From contig NC_000964.3 of NCBI RefSeq assembly GCF_000009045.1, positions 4,140,001 to 4,172,000 of the forward strand: a DNA stretch of 32,000 nucleotides. Reading direction: 5' to 3'. The stretch comes from Bacillus subtilis subsp. subtilis str. 168 (GTDB lineage Bacteria; Bacillota; Bacilli; Bacillales; Bacillaceae). A model generated the notes under the pieces. That model saw nothing but the letters and a program-made list of their open reading frames with translations. It was not told the DNA's origin and ran no database searches. This document shows, piece by piece, positions 29,166 to 32,000 of this stretch. How positions within the stretch are numbered: the stretch's first letter is position 1; each line of letters begins with the position of its first letter. The translations under genes were made by a program, and so were the position numbers.

Positions 29166-29612
29166 TTATTCACCCAGCTTCTCAATTTGTCCCATCACAT
29201 CAGTAATTTGCTTTGCGTTTTGGACCAGGTCTGACTGCTCCAATTCTTTAAGCGATACCTTGCCTTCCTCGGCTTGTTTCAACACATCTTCAGCGCTTTT
29301 CTGCAAGGTTTCGTTATGCTCCTGAATGGTTCGATGAATCTCCGCTGCGGCATCAGGCGGCGTTAATTCATTAAAATCAGCGGCAGCCTTCTGAATCGAC
29401 TCAAGCTGCGCTTCAAGTTTTTCTTTCGCCTCGGTGTCATTTACAGCTTTCTCAGCCAATTCAGGCGCTTCCTCTGCAAATGTCTTCACCTTCTCCACAT
29501 AACCAGCTGCTTCACTCGTATAGTTCAATCCGTCGTTCACCTGATCAAGCATGCCGCATCCGCCTGCACTCAAAAGTCCCACTCCGGCAAGTACTGTCAA
29601 AATGATCTTCAT
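29166..29612 (-). CDS. yybP: Lipoprotein of unknown function YybP
   Basis: I place the start at MKIILTVLAGVGLLSAGGC (lipobox LSAGGC), after a GAGGGGG SD (148 aa). The track start at 29627 lacks an SD. Confidence 0.85.
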   Translation of the reverse strand: MKIILTVLAGVGLLSAGGCGMLDQVNDGLNYTSEAAGYVEKVKTFAEEAPELAEKAVNDTEAKEKLEAQLESIQKAAADFNELTPPDAAAEIHRTIQEHNETLQKSAEDVLKQAEEGKVSLKELEQSDLVQNAKQITDVMGQIEKLGE

Positions 29613-29623
29613 CTTCAGCCCCC

Positions 29624-29734
29624 TCATCGTTTCTTTTTCATTTTTTCTTTTAAGATCGGAATCAATTTCTCTTTCGCTAACGGCAGCCCTTTCCTCACCA
29701 ATTCACGCTTCAGCCACTTTTTCAGCTTAGACAT
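29624..29734 (-). CDS. Hypothetical 36-aa lysine/arginine-rich peptide between the riboswitch and yybP
   Basis: A GGGAGAGGAG SD lies 7 nt before the ATG at 29734. It encodes MSKLKKWLKRELVRKGLPLAKEKLIPILKEKMKKKR. Its TGA overlaps the upstream in-frame ATG at 29627 (ATGA) and lies 11 nt upstream of the SD-supported yybP start at 29612. Coding status is unproven. Confidence 0.35.
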   Translation of the reverse strand: MSKLKKWLKRELVRKGLPLAKEKLIPILKEKMKKKR

Positions 29735-29765
29735 TCTGATGCTCCTCTCCCTTTTTGATAAAAAT

Positions 29766-29791
29766 GAAAAAACTCCACCAATTTGGTGAAG
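29766..29791 (-). terminator. Expression-platform terminator of the yybP riboswitch
   Basis: The minus strand CTTCACCAAATTGGTGGAG forms a stem of about 8 bp with a 3-nt loop, followed by TTTTTTC. The upstream TTGGTGAAG can pair with CTTCACCAA as an antiterminator. Confidence 0.62.
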
Positions 29792-29825
29792 TTCCTGAAA
29801 CAAAAAGACCTTCACCAAATCAGAT

Positions 29826-29925
29826 TTGGCAAAGGTCTCGCTAACAATGAGATTGCCAGCAAAGCCGAGGACACCTTGTCCCGTAATGACGACTTTACTG
29901 TGAAAGCTACTCCCCTTTGGAGTGT
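29826..29925 (-). promoter_or_regulatory. yybP-ykoY Mn2+ riboswitch aptamer
   Basis: The minus strand reads CCAAAGGGGAGTAGCTTTCACAGTAAAGTCGTCATTACGGGACAAGGTGTCCTCGGCTTTGCTGGCAATCTCATTGTTAGCGAGACCTTTGCC. It contains the conserved AAAGGGGAGUAG, GGGACA and CUUUGCC elements, and this is the name-giving locus of the family. Confidence 0.87.
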
Positions 29926-29942
29926 TCATTTTTATTACTTTC

Positions 29943-29971
29943 ATTCTAAAGCACCGATCTGTTCCAGTCAA
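29943..29971 (-). promoter_or_regulatory. SigA promoter of the yybP leader
   Basis: The minus strand reads TTGACT-17-TAGAAT, about 10-15 nt upstream of the aptamer. Confidence 0.6.
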
Positions 29972-30044
29972 ATTCCTGCCGTTTATATAAAAGCGCGCTG
30001 TGGTATTTAAAATTTGAATGGTTTTTCTATCAGGAGATCATGCT

Positions 30045-31352
30045 ATGACAGAGGAGGTTTTCATCATGAGTCAAGAGCGCGTGAAACGGCCTGGGCATAC
30101 CAGATGGTACATATCTTCGTTACTTAGCGGCATTATTATTCTTAATTATTTTGACCGAGTGGCCATCTCGGTAGCGGCCCCTGCGATACAAGATTCGTTT
30201 CACCTTACTGCAACTGAACTCGGCATCGTGTTTTCCATTTACACCTATTCCTATACACTGATGCAGCTGCCTGTCGGAAGTTTGCTGGACCGTTTTGGGG
30301 TCGCATGGGTCACGAGGGTTGGAATGACAATATGGAGCTTTTTAACGATCCTTCTTGCTTTTTTGCAAGGAAAATTGCTGTTGTATCTGTTCCGGTTTCT
30401 CATTGGGCTGACGAGCGCCTCTGCGTTCCCTGCTGCCTCTAAAGCAACCGCTCTCTGGTTTCCTCCAAGTGAGCGGGGATTGGCAAACTCACTGTTCGAT
30501 TCGGCCGCCAAGTTTTCAAATGTAATCGGCGCGCCATTGGTCGCCTTTCTTGTCACAACATTTGACTGGCGTGTCGCTTTTTTGACGATTGGATGCATCA
30601 ATGTGCTGTTTACGATCTTTTTCTGGCAGTATTATGAACAGCCTGAACGGCACAAACGCATTTCTAAAAGTGAACTAAACTATATTCAAAAACACAATGC
30701 CATTACAACAGAGCAAATCCCTTACAAAACGGGCCCGCTTTTAAAAAAGCTTTTCACCAATCGAAAAGTATGGGGCTTAATGATCGGATTTACAGGGTAC
30801 GGGTATACATTCAACCTGCTGCTCACCTGGCTTCCGACTTTCTTTAAACATACATACGGTATGGATCTCATGTCGTCCGGTTTATTTACGGCAGTGCCGT
30901 GGCTGATCTCAACCATTTCCGGAATTGCCGTCGGCGGCTGGCTCGTCGATTATTTTATTAAGAAAGGCTATCCTAATACCAAGGTGTACCGAACCGTAAT
31001 CATAGTCGGAATGAGCTTTGGCTTTTTCTTTTTAGGATCCATTCTGACGAACAATATTACCGTAGCCATTATTTGCATTTCCATCGGACTCGCCGGAATT
31101 TCCGCAACCGCTCCGGTCGGCTGGTCCATCTCCGCAGAACTCGCGCCGATCGGTTCCGTATCCATGCTGAGCTCCATGGTGAATCTCGCAAACAACCTGT
31201 TCGGAGGCATTATTGCTGCGTCACTGACAGGGTATTTGTTTGATGTGACAGGCTCCTTTACCCTCAGCTTTCTGGTAGCTGGTTTTGTGCTGTTGCTGGG
31301 ATTGGTTTTTTATGTGTTTGTATTAGGGGATGTAAAACGAATTAAACTATAG
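30045..31352 (+). CDS. yybO: MFS transporter (anion:cation symporter / hexuronate-phthalate permease-like)
   Basis: The protein has 12 TM segments. The ATG at 30045 follows a GGAGA SD 7 nt upstream (435 aa). The ATG at 30066, after a GAGGAGG SD, is an equally good alternative. The track start at 30018 lacks an SD. Confidence 0.86.
   Translation: MTEEVFIMSQERVKRPGHTRWYISSLLSGIIILNYFDRVAISVAAPAIQDSFHLTATELGIVFSIYTYSYTLMQLPVGSLLDRFGVAWVTRVGMTIWSFLTILLAFLQGKLLLYLFRFLIGLTSASAFPAASKATALWFPPSERGLANSLFDSAAKFSNVIGAPLVAFLVTTFDWRVAFLTIGCINVLFTIFFWQYYEQPERHKRISKSELNYIQKHNAITTEQIPYKTGPLLKKLFTNRKVWGLMIGFTGYGYTFNLLLTWLPTFFKHTYGMDLMSSGLFTAVPWLISTISGIAVGGWLVDYFIKKGYPNTKVYRTVIIVGMSFGFFFLGSILTNNITVAIICISIGLAGISATAPVGWSISAELAPIGSVSMLSSMVNLANNLFGGIIAASLTGYLFDVTGSFTLSFLVAGFVLLLGLVFYVFVLGDVKRIKL
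31121..31265 (+). repeat. Copy A of a ~145-bp direct repeat (functional 3' end of yybO)
   Basis: It aligns base-for-base with 31855-32000, with 11 substitutions and 2 one-base insertions in copy B (hand alignment). Confidence 0.85.
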
Positions 31353-31357
31353 AACAT

Positions 31358-31390
31358 GAAAAAGAGAGCTGCCAGTTGGCAGCTCTCCCT
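31358..31390. terminator. Hairpin terminator between yybO and the convergent yybN-position ORFs
   Basis: GAGAGCTGCC-AGTT-GGCAGCTCTC spans 31364-31387. A good T-run (TTTTTCATG) follows on the minus strand, with only a weak one on the plus strand. Confidence 0.62.
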
Positions 31391-31395
31391 TTACA

Positions 31396-31635
31396 TCAAA
31401 GAATCGGCCCGTCCCCATTTACCTTCTCCTCGTCCTGTTCCTCTATATCAAGCCCCGAAGCTAGCATTTCCTGCTCTATCTGTTCGAGCACCTGCTCGTT
31501 TTTTCCTTGAAGACCACCTTCATAATGAAAAGCATCCTGTGTGCCGTTTTCCTCTATTGTCGCTAAAATATCGTGGATATCATTATGGTCTCCTGAAATG
31601 GAGCCGAATCCCTGGTTTTGTTTTTTATAATTCAC
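31396..31635 (-). CDS. Acidic hypothetical protein, distal frame of a split gene at the yybN position (79 codons)
   Basis: The track ORF has a GTG start and no SD of its own. It overlaps the upstream ORF by 11 nt in a different frame. Confidence 0.4.
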   Translation of the reverse strand: MNYKKQNQGFGSISGDHNDIHDILATIEENGTQDAFHYEGGLQGKNEQVLEQIEQEMLASGLDIEEQDEEKVNGDGPIL

Positions 31636-31789
31636 AAAACCGCTGGGGAGGTTGTTTCCGAGGTTTACACATGATGCGCTCCGAGTAGTAATTCATCAGT
31701 GTATCAAAATCTTCATTTTGGATTGCCACATCACATGCAGAGATGATGTCTTTCAATTGCTGTTCCAAATGAATTCCCCTAATCATCAT
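31625..31789 (-). CDS. Proximal frame of the split gene at the yybN position (54 codons from ATG 31789; alternative TTG start 31768 after an AGGGGA SD)
   Basis: It reads [37 protein letters not shown], which resembles the N-terminus of an NTF2/SnoaL-like fold. It then ends in [17 protein letters not shown] with a stop at 31625-27. It is below the track cutoff. Confidence 0.35.
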   Translation of the reverse strand: MMIRGIHLEQQLKDIISACDVAIQNEDFDTLMNYYSERIMCKPRKQPPQRFCEL

Positions 31790-31854
31790 GATTGGATATA
31801 TTATACAATGTTTGACACGTAGGGATCCTTTTCATTTTTGTTTTTACGGTTTCG

Positions 31855-32000
31855 CTGGTCCATTTCCGCAGAGCTGGCGCCGATCGGTTCCGTATCCATG
31901 CTGAGCTCCATGGTAAATCTGGCAAACAACCTGTTCGAAGGCATTATTGCGGCTTCATTGACGGGGTATTTTGTTTGATGTGACAAGGCTCCTTTACGCT
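31855..32000 (+). pseudogene. Truncated, frameshifted 3' fragment of a yybO homologue (copy B; continues past the window end)
   Basis: It translates as WSISAELAPIGSVSMLSSMVNLANNLFEGIIAASLTGYFV*, compared with yybO WSISAELAPIGSVSMLSSMVNLANNLFGGIIAASLTGYLFDV. An extra T at about 31970 breaks the frame. No 5' part of the gene is present. Confidence 0.75.

Noticed and set aside
29624-29971. 115-aa minus-strand ORF upstream of yybP
   Set aside because: Its first ~80 codons run through the promoter, the yybP-ykoY aptamer and the riboswitch terminator, so they cannot be a translated gene. Only the 3' 36 codons, which have their own SD, were kept as a low-confidence sORF.
31356-31688. 110-aa plus-strand ORF after yybO
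   Set aside because: It begins inside the yybO terminator hairpin, lacks an SD, and is antisense to the better-supported minus-strand frames.

Overview
This window matches the origin-proximal Bacillus subtilis (168-type) chromosome. The gene order is yycN' / rapG-phrG / rocF-rocE-rocD (minus strand) with divergent rocR / htrC-walJ-walI-walH-walK-walR (minus) / trnY tRNA cluster Lys-Glu-Asp-Phe (minus) / purA / yycE / dnaC / yycD and two small ORFs / yycB-yycA / rplI-gdpP-yybS (minus) / cotF / hypR (yybR) / ppaC / yybP with its yybP-ykoY Mn riboswitch / yybO / the yybN-position locus. Identifications rest on the translated ORFs, hand-checked start codons and SD sequences, tRNA cloverleaf and anticodon reading, and motif reading (sigma-54 -24/-12, RocR UAS, PurBox, riboswitch core, intrinsic terminators). 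No searches were run. Most of the window is ordinary, well-studied core genome. I found no CRISPR array, transposase, integrase, prophage or clear multi-gene defence or toxin module, and I cannot honestly claim a complete novel system. Seven regions are not explained by standard features. (1) A highly structured element of about 200 nt lies between phrG and rocF, bracketed by a duplicated GC hairpin. (2) A histidine-kinase C-terminal relic and about 230 bp of unassigned DNA sit inside what looks like a long rocR 3' UTR. (3) The Mn riboswitch precedes a strongly SD-led 36-codon lysine-rich ORF abutting the lipoprotein gene yybP (its stop lies 11 nt upstream of the SD-supported yybP ATG), not a transporter. 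(4) A second, frameshifted copy of the yybO 3' end differs from the live gene almost only at synonymous sites, and the two copies flank the yybN-position locus. (5) That locus itself is split into two frames. (6) A terminator-like hairpin and a palindrome lie in the yybS-gdpP-rplI leader. (7) A 49-codon membrane sORF lies next to cotF.
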